Source of the DNA: the human T2T-CHM13v2.0 reference genome, Homo sapiens
Direction: 5' to 3' (one strand)
Assembly (NCBI RefSeq): GCF_009914755.1
Contig: NC_060929.1
DNA length: 64,000 nucleotides
A model generated the notes under the pieces. That model had not been told where the DNA came from and did not search any database. It was given only the letters and a program-made list of their open reading frames with translations. The position numbers and the translations under genes are program-made. The stretch's first letter is position 1. The number at the start of each line of letters is the position of its first letter. Shown one piece after another: positions 43,086 through 57,919 of this stretch.

Positions 43086-45850
43086 GAGACTTCTTGTTAA
43101 GTTTGGCAGATTAAACACTTGGGTTTATCTACATGTTCTCTCCAAACACCACTAAACTTTGCAGTAAGGAAATAAAAAGACATTAAAAACAATGATAAAG
43201 AGAGCAGGACAATAACAATAACAGCAATAACATTTTTAAAGCAAGAGAGAGGTGAACCAGTGGTAACTCAGCCCTGAGGAAACAGAGCCTCCATGGGAGT
43301 GGGGGAGGCCCAGAAGCAAAAGTGGTCTTACTAGAGTCCCAGAAAGACTCAGTAATGGAAACCTAGGAACTTCCAAAAGTGGGGACAAATTAGGGTCAGA
43401 AACAGGGAAATAGGCTGAAGATACGGATAAAAAAGCAAATTCATCAGAGAACTCCTCCCCAACCCTGCCCCTTATCTCTGAAGCTTTAGCTGGGAAAGCC
43501 GGGCTGACTCACTTCTGGTGAATGTGGTCTGCTCTCCTCCTGTAGGCAAAGCCCAGGCTCTTACATTGTGGCTGGGCAGGGTTCCAAGAGGGCTAGTCGA
43601 GGCATGCAAAGACTTTTGAGGCCTAGGCTTGGAACTGACACAGTGTCTCTTCTATGCATTCAGTTGGGCAAAGCAAGTCACAAGTGTAGCTCAGATTCAA
43701 GAGCTGGGGAGGGATAGGGTCTACCTCTTGATGGACAGGGCTGCAAAGTCACATTGCAAAGGAACGTGGCTACAGGGAAAGAAAGAGTTGTGGCCAGTTT
43801 TGGAAACAAGCTTAAGGCACAATAAGGATGAGATTCCTGAAAAATTCAGTTTTCAAACTTGCACACAAAAAGTAAGGCCATGTGCAAAAAAAGATTGAGG
43901 TAGAAAATTCACAACTTATGCAAAGCACTAGTAAAGACAATAATTGATACTCAGGAAATTAACTTGTACTATTGAGGCAGGCTGCGTGTGGCTGGGGCCT
44001 GTTACAATTGTTGTGAAGTCAGAGGAATAATTGAGAGAGAATGTTAGTAACACATACACAAGAGCAGAGCTGGTAGGAACTCCGACAATGCAGTAGAAGT
44101 GGCCTTCTCAGTCAGTGTGGCTGCCCTGAAGGTGCCACAGAGACAATACCACCTGCCAGGAGTCAAGAGTCCCACAGGTGTGGGGTGTAGCCGCTTCGAG
44201 GGTGAAGCCCAGGTTTAAGTACTTGTTTTTAATTTTCAAACCACAGGCAAACGGTTTCTATTGCCAGAGCAGCAACCATTAAAAACTTTTTCCTTTCCTA
44301 CCGAAGGTTATACTTCTGCTCCACATCCTGTTTTCTTGAGCAGAGGAAGTATTGCATATAAATTAATTCTGCATTATACTGACATAATTTTTCTATTTAC
44401 CAACTGCGTAGGAGCTAATTTGTATTATAAAACCACATCTGTTGTAAAATAGACTCCACAGAGGAATTATGTAAAAGTCTACATAGTGCATAGAGAGGTC
44501 CTCAGCCTCCTTTCCCAACCTGCCTTCAAGAACATGCTGGCAGCCAGGCTTTTATCCCTTAGGCAAGAGGGTGGATGAGCCTAATTGGAAAGGCATACAG
44601 ATATCAACTTTAGGGATCCCTCAATCAAAAGCCCAGCCAAATCATCCTACAGAGCAGCCTGTCTCCTTAAGGCACAGAGCTTCCAGTCAGCTTTTTATTG
44701 CCTTGCTTTTAAAGGTTAAGGGACAGCCAGGGACATCAGCTATTTGACAAAAGCTTCTAATTTGAAAGACACAATCAACAGAAACAATGGGAACAAAAGG
44801 AACAGAAAGGAGGTAGGGACAATGTAAGGAATAGAAACAAAGAAAAAGCTAACAAAGGCAAAACTATAAATAATATCCTCTGAGTATAAAAGATGATATT
44901 GCATACATAAAATAAGAAGAGAATGTTATAAAAAAGAAATATTCAGAGAACAAAAAGAGCTCTTAGAGCTTAAAAAGAATATTGCACAAATGAAAATTTT
45001 AATAGAATTGTTGGAAGATAAAGTTGAGGAAATATCCCAGAAAGTATACCAAAATGACAGACACACACAAAAAGGATTTTTTTAAAAAAAAATTCGAGGA
45101 TGAATCCAACAGGTACAATATCCAACTACTAGAAGTTACAGAAAGGAAAAAAAAAAGCAGAGGGAAGGATATTACAAAATAAATGAATTAAGAAAATTGC
45201 CCAGAACTGAGAGGCAAACCTATAGCTCGAACTGGTTAACTCACAAATAGGTGAAAGGACACACATCACACCTTACATCATTGCGAGAGTTTAGAACGCT
45301 GGCAGAGAGAGAAGGTCCTAAAAGCTTTAACTGGAAAAAAACTCCCAATAATCACAACCATAAAAATGAGAACCCAAGTATCATTAGTCTTGTCAATAGC
45401 AAAATGGGAAATTCAGAGGGAAAATGATATCCAGACTAGAGTTTTATACCCAGCCAATCTCACAATTAATATGAGGGAATAATAAAAGCCTTTTCAGACA
45501 CATGAAGACTCAACGATTTATCTCCCATCAACCTCTTCTTAGTTAATATCAGCCCATGTGCTCCAAGAAAACCAGAGGAAATATCAAGAAAGAAGAAAAC
45601 ATGAGACCCTGAAAATAAAAACCTCAACCCAGAAGGTATGCCAAAGAAATCTCCAGGGCGACGGGGAGGGAGATGCAGATGCCATAGCTGTGAAACTAGC
45701 TTGGAGAGCAGCAAATCCCAGAAGTGGGGCACAGAGGCTCCAGAAAAATGTTTCAAAGGGAAGGATGAAGGCTTATAGAATACCTGATTGCTTGAATGCG
45801 TTGAAAAAAATATTTATTCCTAGAAGTCTGGGAATGAATATTCATTAATA
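43086..45850 (+). mobile_element. Ancient L1M/HAL1-like 5' region and ORF1 remnant, interrupted
   Basis: gacttcttgttaagtttggc start; A-rich ORF1-like aagataaagttgaggaaatatcccagaaag, aaaattgcccagaactga, tagagttttatacccagccaa. Confidence 0.6.
43470..43810 (-). mobile_element. Old MLT1 LTR remnant
   Basis: gaggcctaggcttggaactgacacagtgtc...gcaaagcaagtcacaag...gctgcaaagtcacattgcaaag. Confidence 0.7.
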
Positions 45851-45876
45851 TTGGATGAAGAAAATAGACTTTTATT

Positions 45877-46200
<324 letters not shown>

Positions 46201-46973
46201 TTAGACTCTCATTAAAGCAGAAAAAATATTTTGGTAATCTTACCATCCAGAGATAATCACTATTCTTGTTTTTACGTACATAGTTGAGACCTTTATGTAT
46301 GTTAAATTTTGTATCTTTCTCACACATCCATATCACGAACATTTCCTCTAAATTATATAAAACATAAGCAAGAAATAAATTGATAAAGAGGAGCTTATGG
46401 TACATATCTTTTATAGGTCCTTTCCTTCTATAAGGTAAAATAATTTAATGAATTGGACTAGATACAATATTCTGAAATTGGGTGGAGGGTAGTGCCAATT
46501 TTAAATTATCCTGTCTACCTATCAAGTCATGTTTGCTTTTATTGGGTGGGTGCTCAGAATATGTGATCCTTGAAGAAATAAGCATCCATGTCTATGGAGA
46601 CATGACATCACCTTTGGGAAAATGACTTTGTGACAATTTATCTTACTGTATTTGACAATAACAGTGACATGTTATATATGCAGAGTGCTGCTTATGAACT
46701 TTTAAGAGCTTTCTCTTGCTGTATCTCACTCAATTCTGACAATAACTCCATGAAGTAGGTAAATAGACAATTTTTTGTATCCCCAAAACATTAATATTTA
46801 ATATAATGTAAATGTTACTAACAGTGTCTATCTTAAATAACACCTTGCATTTCTTCAGGATAGTGCTTTCTCAGGTAATATTGCATGAGATTCTTTGTTT
46901 AGGAGAATTGGGCTATAGGAAATTCATAGAAATGCTGGAATGCTAATGGAAATTTCATGCCTTGCCTATTTCT

Positions 46974-47022
46974 CTCCATCCACCCATCCATCCATCCATC
47001 CATCCATCCATCCTCCATCCAT
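46974..47022. repeat. (TCCA)n microsatellite
   Basis: visible tetranucleotide run. Confidence 0.9.
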
Positions 47023-47733
47023 TGACTTGTAGTCTGACGGCTATAAAAGAGGTCACATGGATTATCAGATAATTCTTCTTTTTGGCCAATTGTGGAATCA
47101 TGTCTTAGTGATAACACAGGTTTCTCTTCTCTTGCTCTGATGGTAGTTCCCTCAACATTTTCCCTTGGAATAAAATAAGGTCTGGATAGTAGTATTTGCA
47201 GGACCCCAGCAAGGGTAGAGGTGGGAAGTGGGAAAGGATGCTCCATTAAAACAGTGAGGAGGAAGAGCCATCCGATTTTATGCAGCTGCAAACTGAATGA
47301 TGAACTGGACTGGGATCTGCAGGACTTGATGGGCCAGTCAGAATAAAATGTCCTAGTCTTTTTAAACAACAGTTTCTTTGCCTAAAACACAGAAATAGAA
47401 TTCACACCTATTTCAAAGGCATGTTGTGAAGATCAAAATAAGTTTTTGCATCATTTTAAGATGTTTTGGAACCCTTGTGTTAAAGGAATTGGAAGCTTTC
47501 TACCTCTGGTGCATGAAAAATAACCAAAGTTCAGCCCATGCAGCCATGAAGAAGCTTGAGAAAGACCACCGCTAAGAATGGAAAGGGGGCCTATAACTCT
47601 GGTACACTATACTCCTGCAGCCCAAGAGCCAGCTTCTCCAAAAACTACAGGACGGAAGTGCAAAATCCCTCTCTATGCTCTTCTCAAAGCTCTTAGAGAA
47701 GTCCTTTTGGCTCTGTTATCCGCATGGGTTCTC

Positions 47734-47752
47734 TGTGTGTGTGTGTGTGTGT
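47734..47752. repeat. (TG)n microsatellite
   Basis: visible dinucleotide run. Confidence 0.9.
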
Positions 47753-48304
47753 AGGAATAACAGCATGTTTGGCTGGTGGAACACCTCTGTCTTCTGAACC
47801 CTGGTTCTTCTTGATTTTCCTTTAATTAGAGTTGATTTAATTATTAAAGTTTCCTATTTTTTTTTAAGAAGGCAAGGAGTTCTATTGATTTATAATTTCC
47901 CTAGAGCTTATTGTTGTCTTGCTATGACCCAAAGAAAAGCGTGTGTGGAAAGAGAGGTCCTATCAGAGAGTTCTGAGGCCACTGATTGACCCTCCTCTTT
48001 CTACCCTAACTAAATATGAAAATAAAAGCAGGCAGCAAACATCTGTTATCTTTATCAGAAACCTGGACTTTCAGTTTCATACCACACACGTGAAATGGAG
48101 AAAACAAATTAACTGAAGGCACTGTAGACTCTGAGTCACATAGATGTATTTTTAATTTTAAACAATTGCTTGTCACAAAACTCAAAGTATTTTTTTTTCT
48201 TTTCAGTGTAGGAACGTGGGAAATGAGTGCGTAGTGTGCCTGCAGGGCTTGGACCTCGTGCCCTTGGAGCTAGGAACACGGTGCTTTTGGGATTCTCTTT
48301 CTAT

Positions 48305-48320
48305 CCCCTAGATGGCAGCA
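48305..48320 (+). promoter_or_regulatory. Candidate CTCF site
   Basis: CCCCTAGATGGCAGCA matches the CC.CYAGRKGGCRS core. Confidence 0.55.
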
Positions 48321-48559
48321 ACATTCTTTAGAGCCTAACTGGTAAAAACAAACAAACAAACAAAAAAAACACCTATGGAAAAGCTGCAAGTCCTGCCTGT
48401 TTAGTCTTGGCTTTCAAATTTACATAGTACCTTTACTGTGCTATTTATGTGACTGCTTGGCTTAGTGAGTCTACTATTTATTAATGAGAATACATGACTT
48501 TCTCTGTTGTATGGAAAAATAATGGTTTTGTATATCTAGGTCTGTTGGTATCTCTAGAC

Positions 48560-48783
48560 CAGGGTTTCTCGCATTGACATGATTGACGTTTTGGGCTGCA
48601 TAATTCTTTGTGGTAGGGAGCTGTGCATTGAAAGATGTTTAGCAGCATCCTTGGCTTTTACCCACCCACTAGATTCCAGTGGTACTTCTTCCCTCCCCAC
48701 CTCAGTCATGACAACCAAAAATGTCTCCAGATATTGCCAAATATTTCCCGGGGGGCAAAATCAGCCCTGGCTGAGAACCACTG
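48560..48783 (+). mobile_element. MER20 hAT-Charlie MITE
   Basis: cagggtttctc...ttttgggctgcataattctttgt...ccagatattgccaaa...tgagaaccactg. Confidence 0.9.
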
Positions 48784-48878
48784 AATTAGGTTGTTTTACT
48801 TATCTCCAAAGATTAGCTCCTGTATTACTATCATTTAATTTTGTAGGGATGGTTAAATTAAAGCATATCTACTTACAC

Positions 48879-49144
<266 letters not shown>

Positions 49145-51955
49145 TCTACTTATAATTTAAATATATTCTATTTTTTTATTTGTTTGCTTGGGGGATACTT
49201 TTTCTGGAGGAGAAAGAAATGAGGCTGAAAAGACAAAGATACATGTAAAGACGTTGCACATCTTACCTCCAAATGAGAAGATTGAGGTTTTCAAATTATA
49301 GCTTCCTATTAATAATAGCCACACATATATACTTTTGTTACTTTTTATTCCTTTTGATTTTAACTAGCCTGGCTGAATATGAATGATGGGAAGGAGAAAA
49401 GCAAAAGGGGGTTATACTTGAAAATTGTTTTAGTCTATGAAAAAGGCTCAAAGAATTATAGAAGGATTGTGGAGATCACTCGGTCCAACTTGTGAGCCTT
49501 AAATCTGGGGTGCAGTAGTTATGGTGTAAGCTGAGGAGGAGCCAGGGCAGTATCATCACAGGTGCTCAGCCCAATGGCCTCTCCTTGGTGAGGAAGGTGA
49601 AGCCAATTTGAAAGCAAAGAGAGAGATTCGGTTCTCTGCAAAAAACAAACAAAACCAAAGCCAGTCCCTCCTCCACCCAATCTTCCATTGTAAATTCTGA
49701 GAAGGGAGCACCAGGCCTGGAGGATGCTGTCAGAACAGGACTCCTGAGGAATTAGATGCACCCGAGATGGCGATGGGACCCAGGTGTAATAACCAACACT
49801 CCACCTTCTATTAAATAGGAACTTTCTTCTGATTTGTTCCAAACACTCCCCACACTCGGAGAGCATTCCAGTGAAGTGGGTGGAGAAGGAAACAGATGTG
49901 AGACCAGATGCAGATCTGAACAAATTTGTTAGGTGAGTTCACGGATCCTTCCTTCTTTGGGAAGTGTTAGAGAAAGGAGGGAATTTCTGGAAACCAACCA
50001 AGTCAGTCTTGGAGATATATCCAGAGAACTCCATCAGCTATGAAGGGACCATGTTCCCACCTTTAGAACAGATATGATCTACAAAATAGAGCAAATGCTT
50101 TTTCTGGCGAGGAAGGACAGAGGGCAGAAAATGAGGTCCAAATAGAGTGGTTTGAGTTGTCCTCATCTGAGCCTAAACAGTTATGATGGAATCTCAGGAG
50201 GAGCCACATGGTATGAAAGGGTTTAATATTGAGTGAGCCTGGAGGAGGGACAGTATTGAAAGCCCAGCTCAGATGTACAGGATGTGTCTGTTCTTTAAAG
50301 ATACTGATGCATTTCTCTTGAATTTTTCTACACTGCTGGGTCAAGCTATGTCAAGAATCTCTGTCTCATTGGGAAATGAGATATTTTCTACAATCTGTTT
50401 TTTTCTCTCATGATTCCCGTCGAGTTAAAGGCTGACATCTCATCAAGCAGCTCAACAGCCCCAGAGAGAGAGAGCGAGAGATCCCTTAGAGAGCTGGGCC
50501 CCAGGGAGAGACACATCTGAGGAACTCTCCCTGCATTGACTTGGCTTTGTGGCCTCTGTCCGAGGTTTTCAGATCTTATCAAATAGTGTCTCATTTGCAC
50601 TGCAGTGCATGTCACAAAGCCCTGTGGATGCAAAGGAGGTGACAGCAAAAAAGGTTAACAGCAAACTGGGGACAGTGCCAGGAATGGAACTTGATTCCTT
50701 AATTCTTGTTCCAGAACCCAAGCAGCCTGGCTTTGCCAGGGCCAGCCTGGGTCTGTTCATAGAGCTGTCATTTGGCTTTTGGTCGTTTATATACCATTTG
50801 CTAACTGTTCATAATTCCAGTGCAATTTTCCTCAGAACATGGGAAACAAAGACAGCGAAACAAGGGGCTTTTATGTTTTTCTGTGCTGTCGTCAGTGGAT
50901 GAAGTTGGCTGGGCAAGAGTACAAGCTTTTTCTTGCTACACTTGATGGAGTTTCCTTTTTTAAATGAACATTTTTAGGGAGAAAATGTCAGTGTGCAGGG
51001 TAAATGCAGAATGCCCTGTTAAATATTTAAAACATAGCATTTGTCCATCGATTTTGGCAGGGTTAGAGTCAATAGATTAATCATTCAGTCAACAAATACT
51101 TGAATAGATGCAAATCATTCATTGCTGTCAGAGCTACTCCTAGCCCCCACTGAGTCTTTGTGCAAAATTGAAAAAGGGGGTCCTCTGGGCAGAAACAACT
51201 CTGCACCAGGCCACATGACTTCAAGAGTCCCTAGCTCTCAGTCATGTGCCTTTGTGCAGTGTACAAACTGTGCAACTGTACATGACTATACATTGAGAGA
51301 GAGAGTGGGCCATATATTATGCCATTAGAGTACAAAATTAGGTCTTGAGCAGAATTTCAAGAAAAAGTCCCCCTTTTTGGGGCATGGCAAACAGAAGGAA
51401 GTAAGTTGCTTATTCTAAGGGAAAAACTACAAAGGCTTGCTGGGGTTTTGCCCCTAAATTCTTTACCCCTACTGCTGGGATAATACAGCCTCCTCTGGGC
51501 TGTAGGAACAATCCTGGATGTAAGGAGAAGGATAAGAAGGACCTGAGGACTCAGTATTGAATGAATCTCATCTTTCAGCTTCACGGTGATATCTCATGTC
51601 CATCTAGGTACAGATCCATGGTTTTTTGGTTCCTGCCCTATCTTCAGAATTCTCTTAGTGGTGGAATTTGTGCCTGTTTTTTACCCGTCATTTTCCCCTC
51701 TCCTTAGGGTCCTACCTGAACCCTTGACTGGTGCCCTATGACCATTTGCTGTGTTCTCCTAATGCCACACACCTTTCTGACTCCCTGGAAGCCTTTATGC
51801 TTCCAGGAAACTACCACAAGGAATTCTGACAATGGCCTCACCTGTTAGGGTGACTGCCTGGATCAAGGGCTCATTTTAGACCTATAAATCCTATTCGTGT
51901 TTCCTATCTTTTACTCCATGGATCTATTTCCTGGTTTTGGACTAATCTTTAGAAC

Positions 51956-52130
51956 CATAGTTCTCAAAAAAGAATGCTTATTAGAACTGCCTAGGGTGCT
52001 TTGTAAAACTTGGGTGCCCAGATACACTTCTGCCCACTGAAATTAGAATGTCTGGGGAGGCACAGGCACCTGTATCTTTAAGCCTCCATAAGTTATTTCT
52101 ACAGGCAGGCAGGCATGGTTGAGAACACTG
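51956..52130. mobile_element. MER5A MITE
   Basis: catagttctcaa...ttagaactgcctaggg...ggttgagaacactg termini. Confidence 0.75.
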
Positions 52131-53225
52131 TTTAGAATCACATCCCCACGTTTGTCTACTCTTTTTTTGTTGTTTGTTTGTTTTCTTTATCTCTTCTTCA
52201 TTTCTGAAGTTCACTCTTTGATTAGTCAGCTTTTTTTATGTGTGTTTCTATGTTGAGAACTGTGGCCTTCACCTAGACTCATGAGTCTGATTGCACTAAT
52301 TTTTCCCGGGCCAGCCTGGCTCACCACCAGACAAGCTTAAATTATGATTATGTTTTGGAGCCAGAAGGCTGAGAGGGCTATCTGGAGACCCAAAGTTAGC
52401 CTTTTGTGGTTTCTTTATCCTGTAATTCTAATAAATGCAATTCATCAACCTGTCTTGCACAGGAAAGAACATTCTTTGTAGGCAGACCTCAACTTATGAA
52501 TAGATTATGTTCCAAAATTTGTTTGTGGTCAGTTGTTAGGGACGTAGAACTCCATTCCCAGAATAACAAAGTTACAAAGGAAAGTTTCAGGTCGCAATAG
52601 TCTACTGAGTCTTTGAAAAGCCGAACTTTAGAACGAATAGAGCCAAAGGCTCAAGTCTGTGATTAGGCTGAACCACATGAAATTGAGATTTTTGTATGTC
52701 AAAAATGGTTGAATATTGGCAATTTTCTGTAGGCTCAACCAATAATATGTTTTGGTTTAGGGAGGGGGAAAACATTTTAAGTGCTAGATTAGAGTGTTTC
52801 AGAACAGTTCATGCTTATCAAGATTCTAAGAGGACCCTAAAGGACTACCTCATTTTTAAAAAGTCCTTGCACCCCCTTCAGTCTCTCTCCTTCTAGCCAG
52901 GTAAAATGTAAGCAAAGACAGCACAGGCCTTCTGAGGGAGCAGACATACAAATGAGGAGGGCTTTAGCAGTTGTGGATTTCTATTGATTCTGCTGGTGAA
53001 TGGGTTGGGGCAGAGGTGTCTAGGTGAGCAGGAGGGAGATGAGGTTCTTATGTTGGCAGCCTCCAGATAAGCAGATGTTTCTACAGAAACCTTTCAGGTA
53101 CTGTGTGGAAAATCCTGCCCTGCCCTTTCCTCCTGGGGTAGGGGACAGCAGCGGTTGGGGTGCTGTCAGAAGCAGGGCAGACTGCAGGCATGAGCTGAAG
53201 AGTAGCATCATTGCCACACCCATGG

Positions 53226-53395
53226 GTCACGTGACTGCGGAGAGTGTGGATGTGAGGCCAGTGAAAGTTATCTACCTGGAGAAGTGACGAGTATGTTGTT
53301 TGGATGAGTCAAAGCTTATGTGCCTCACTTAGTGTGCGTTGCCTTGCAGTAGAAATTGTACATTTTAGACAGTGAATGGATTACTTTGTGAGTCA
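53226..53395. promoter_or_regulatory. Candidate enhancer motif cluster: GTCACGTGAC and two TGAGTCA
   Basis: palindromic E-box at 53226-53235; AP-1 at 53305 and 53389, in apparently unique sequence. Confidence 0.4.
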
Positions 53396-55769
53396 CAAAG
53401 CTGCTGTATGTCCTTTCCTTACTTATGTAGGAAAGGCCATTCTGCTTTTGGAACTCAAGATAAATGCCTTATACATAGTAGGGATGTGCTAAGGATTGCC
53501 TGGGAACAATCACTTTTTTTCCTATGGAAAGTTCAAAGGTCATGTGTGTAATTCCTCTGGAGGAAAATGTAGCAGTTGTCAGAAAAATTTTCATACATTT
53601 GTATTGCTTAGGAAACTGACTGCTTTAGAAGAAGGCTGTATGTTCATTTAGAAAACAATGGGTTTCTTTACTTTAATGTTAATTGTATATTTGATATAGG
53701 AAAACACATTTTTCACTGATGCTTATCCTTTCTCTAATAATCCAAGTTCCTATCTTGACTCTATACAAATTAAAATTCGATTTGTAGCCAACTTTTACTC
53801 AGTAAAGGGGCTTGAGAATTGTGCTGCTCCAAATGAATTCTAGGTCAACAAGGGGAAATCTTTGCACCCTTCTGGAGTTGACTGTTTGAGGACAACTGCA
53901 GATTTACATTTAGAACAGATGAGAATGGAAACAGACTGTAATTAAAAAAGATTCGACTGTGAGGACTGCAAAGATTATGGAAGCTCCTTTTTTCCTCCTT
54001 AGTCAAGCATAAGTAAATAGAAAAATTGGAGTCCATATACAGGAGCCTTCACAAAAGTCTGGGTCACATCCTTCAAAAGGAATGTGGCAGCAAATGGATG
54101 ATTACAAATTCCATGGACTCTGAAAAGTAGTCTGATCTCTTAGCTTTTGCAGTGATTTCCATAATGTATTTTACTTCACCATGACATCTTACTGCCATAC
54201 ATTGCCTGTTTTCACCCATGAGGTCAATTCTGAGTCACTTTGTGCAATTATGTAAAGTACAAGAAAATAATGTTACTGTCAGCCATTTTTGAAAATCTTC
54301 CCATGATAGAGTCTCACTCTAGACTAGTAACACTGTATTGTTCTTTCAATTTTGTACTGTATTTTAGAATACATTAAAAAAGTTTCTAGGCATCTTTTAA
54401 AAATGATTTCTAATATACCTCTTTCCAAGGTTTGTTTATTTTTAAGATAGTGGTCTTTAACAATTTTAATAAAAGTCTATGAGCATTGCTCACTGGCTAT
54501 TTCCAGACTGGAGCCAATCTGACTATAGAAGAGATCATTCTATTTCTGTATATTAGCACCAACGAAACATAGACACACACTGTTATCCGTGCTGTGACAG
54601 TCTCTGGAGCCTTTTGCTTCAGCCTCAGACAAGGGGAGAAATCATATCGGCTTTGCTCATCCTCTTTCATCTGTGATTATGTTATTTACACAGCGAGAGG
54701 CATGGACTGATTGAAGGCACATGCAGAAAGTGTCTGTCTTGTAATTTGGGCGTGTCCAGGGCTGAGATAGGGGCTGGGAGAAGGCAGAGATGAGAAGCCT
54801 CTTCCTAAGAGCATAATCAGATTAAACTTCTCCTCAGAGGAGTATAACTAAAATAGTGTTTTCACTGTGGGTACATGGATTTATATAGACTGTTCAGAAA
54901 ATAGACTGTATAGGTAAAAAGACAGAGATGTAGCATATAGAAAATAGATAAGTGATTCTAGCCTTAATTAGTGAAGGGCATAGCTAGTATTGAAGGGATA
55001 AAAATTCAGTAGATAAGAGCTATAAACCAAATGAATTTTAGGCAAGTTTTAGTCAGCTACCAAAGATAAAGGCCATATTCTCAAGGGCAATAGGGCATTG
55101 CAGAAAATTCAGTTGTTGAATGTCAGTGTTCAAAGAGCAGAGACCTAGCACACAAGTGGAGATGATATATCATGAGTGAAGGAGTTATCAATACTGTCAA
55201 ATGCTGCTGAGAGGAAAAGCAAGATGGTGGTAGAGATTGATCACTAGATTTGGCCAGATAGATGGAGATCAATCTATCTATCAATTATCAATTTATCTAT
55301 CTATCTATCTTATATATACATACACATAAACATATACATACAGAAATTGAATAATATTATTAGAAAACCTGATCATACAGCCCTTTAAATATATTTTTTG
55401 CAGATTTTTTAAAAAACTCACTGATTTGTAGGTTGATGTTGTATTAATTGTTGCAGAATAATTCAGATATTCTCATATTCATGGAGAACATTGTACCTCA
55501 TATTTCTTGAAATGTCAAAGGCATTAGGAAGAAATAAATTTTTATTAGAACTTTATTGCAATACTTAATAAATTGACTATGCTTTCATTAATTTTGATCT
55601 TTGGTAAGAATTCATAGGGCATATGAGTAATTATTTTTCCTATTAGAATTCAACTGTCATAACTCTATTCAGAATCAGAATCATTGTAGAATTTTTGAGC
55701 TAATAGGGTTGAAAGACAAAAGAGTCTTAAAACAGAAAAGCAATTTGATGTAATAAAAAGAAAACTGGC

Positions 55770-55950
55770 TTGAAAGTTAAAAACTTGGGTGTAAATTCTA
55801 GCTCCACAACTTACTATTTGATTTTCTGTGAGTTTGTGGAGTCTCAGTTTTCTAACCCATAAGATGAGGATAGCTAGCATTTACATGCTTGTGAGAAGGG
55901 TCAAATCTGGTAATGTATATAAAGCACATAGTGCATGCCTGATATGGACT
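55770..55950 (-). mobile_element. MIR SINE
   Basis: gtctcagttttctaacccataagatgaggata...aatgtatataaagcacatag. Confidence 0.65.
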
Positions 55951-57451
55951 AGGAATTCACATCGTGTTGGTGGCTCTCCCTCATCACTCCCAAAGTCCCA
56001 AAGGTAGAGTAGCCCAGCCAGGACTAGAACCAGACCTCCTGACTTGATTTCCGAACTTGCCCATTTCTAATAATTTTTGACTTTGCTTCTGTCTTGAAAA
56101 CTGTTAATTTTTCCAATGAGCCATCATGATTGTGAATGGAGATGAAGGCAGGGAAGCCTCTTGCCTCATGTGCTTTGGCTCTGCAGTCATGGTCACTGAG
56201 ACCCTCACGAGGAAGTTGGGTGTAACATGGAAGCTATCCAAAAATAATCAGAAAGAGGCTGCTCTGTGCTTCAAGGAGTTTTCATATAACATAAGCATTA
56301 GTGCTCATTGTGTAGGGAAATTTAAGTGAGAATCGGTGTATGACATTCACTCCATTCCCAAATTACTGGTCTTTCAAAGCACTGAGGGGCCTGGGCCAGC
56401 TTTTTGTCATCTATTGCCAAAGGAAAAAGGATGTTTTCTTAGCAGATACAGTAACTGATGAAGTTCATGATGGCTGCCACCATTCCTGTCTCTCAGCCGG
56501 CACGGGCTACTCATGCATATTTTTAAGTCATCCACTTTGTGCATTCCCATCTCTACATCTTGGTCTATGTCTTCCCTGTTTTTCCTCCTTTCTCTGCCCA
56601 CTGGAAATCACCTTTACTCTCTTTGAGACTTATGCATCCATCCTCAGAAGCTAGCTGCATTCCAATTTTTTTTTGAAAAGCTCAACACCCAAGAAAGCTC
56701 TCCATCCTTAGAACAATGGATAACCATTTAATCTAAAGAATAAAGCTATGCACAGTTTGACAGAAAGACCACACTGATCACAATTCCCATGTGGCTCTCT
56801 AATCTTCTAAAATGTATACTGATGACAGACAGGACTCTTCATGGGTCAACTTAGGACCAGTAATGACAGAAATAAAACTTATAGGCCTGGATCATTAGTT
56901 TCAAGAAAATATATTCAGCACCATCAATGATATGAAGTAGCACAGACAAAGGATACCTCTGAGCCCCTCTGCCCCCCATCTAGGGTGACGGCTCTGGGTG
57001 GTGCTGATGGTTAGCAGCCCATCAAACTGAAGAATCTGTGAGTCAGGATAAAGAATTTCATTCTTTTCCCAGCTAAAGGACTATGTCACTGCAGAGATAT
57101 CTCCTGCTTAATGTAAATCAATAACTCTGGTACTCAGTAAACTTAGGGGCTAATGCTAAAATTAAAGCTTAGTTATGAGACCACATTGGAGAGTGTCGAG
57201 TCTTGCTTATTGCCTGTGCTCCCAGGCTGGCCAAACCTAAGGGAGCCATAACAAATGCTGATATAGTGGGTTGTCATGCAAAGAGCATGCATGATGGGAG
57301 CAGAAAGATCTAAGTTCAAGCCCTGACTCCTGACACAGTGGCTAGTTGTGTGTTCTTGGGCAAGAGAGTTGATTTCCGTGTCTTAGTCTACTCACCTGTT
57401 AAATGGTGGAAAGTTTGGCTTCTGCTTGGTTTCGCCTGGGTACATTCATAT

Positions 57452-57919
57452 TGAGGTAGGAGGTGGGACTCCAGAGGTGGAGCTTGGACACTGGACCAAA
57501 CTGAGGACTTGCTAAAACAGGGACAGGGTGGAAGCAGCTTCCCATAAGACATGCCCACCAGTGTGCCCTGTCAGTTTACCACTGCCATGGCAACACCCTG
57601 AAGCTACCTCCCCTTTTCATGGCAATAACCCAACAACCCAGAAATTACCACATATTTTTCTAGAAATTTCTGCATAATACACCCATCAATTTGCATATAA
57701 TTAAAAGTGGATATAAATATGACTACAGAACTGCCTCTGAGCTGCTACTCTGGGCACACTGACTATGAGGTAGTCCTGTTAAGCAAGGAGCAGTGCCTCT
57801 GCTGTGGCTGCATACTGACATTTCAAAAAAAGTTGTTGCCTAACACCACTAGCTCACCCTTGAATTATTTCCTGGGTGAAGCCAAGAACCTTCTTTTGGG
57901 GCTCACCTGCCCTGCATCA
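57452..57919 (+). mobile_element. ERV1 solo LTR (LTR26/MER41-group)
   Basis: tgaggtaggaggtgggact...ctgccctgcatca; TG/CA ends; degenerate TSD atat/atgt; inserted into a MIR. Confidence 0.8.

Noticed and set aside
46899-47369. 156-aa ORF
   Set aside because: Includes (TCCA)n-derived WMDG repeats; no homology evident
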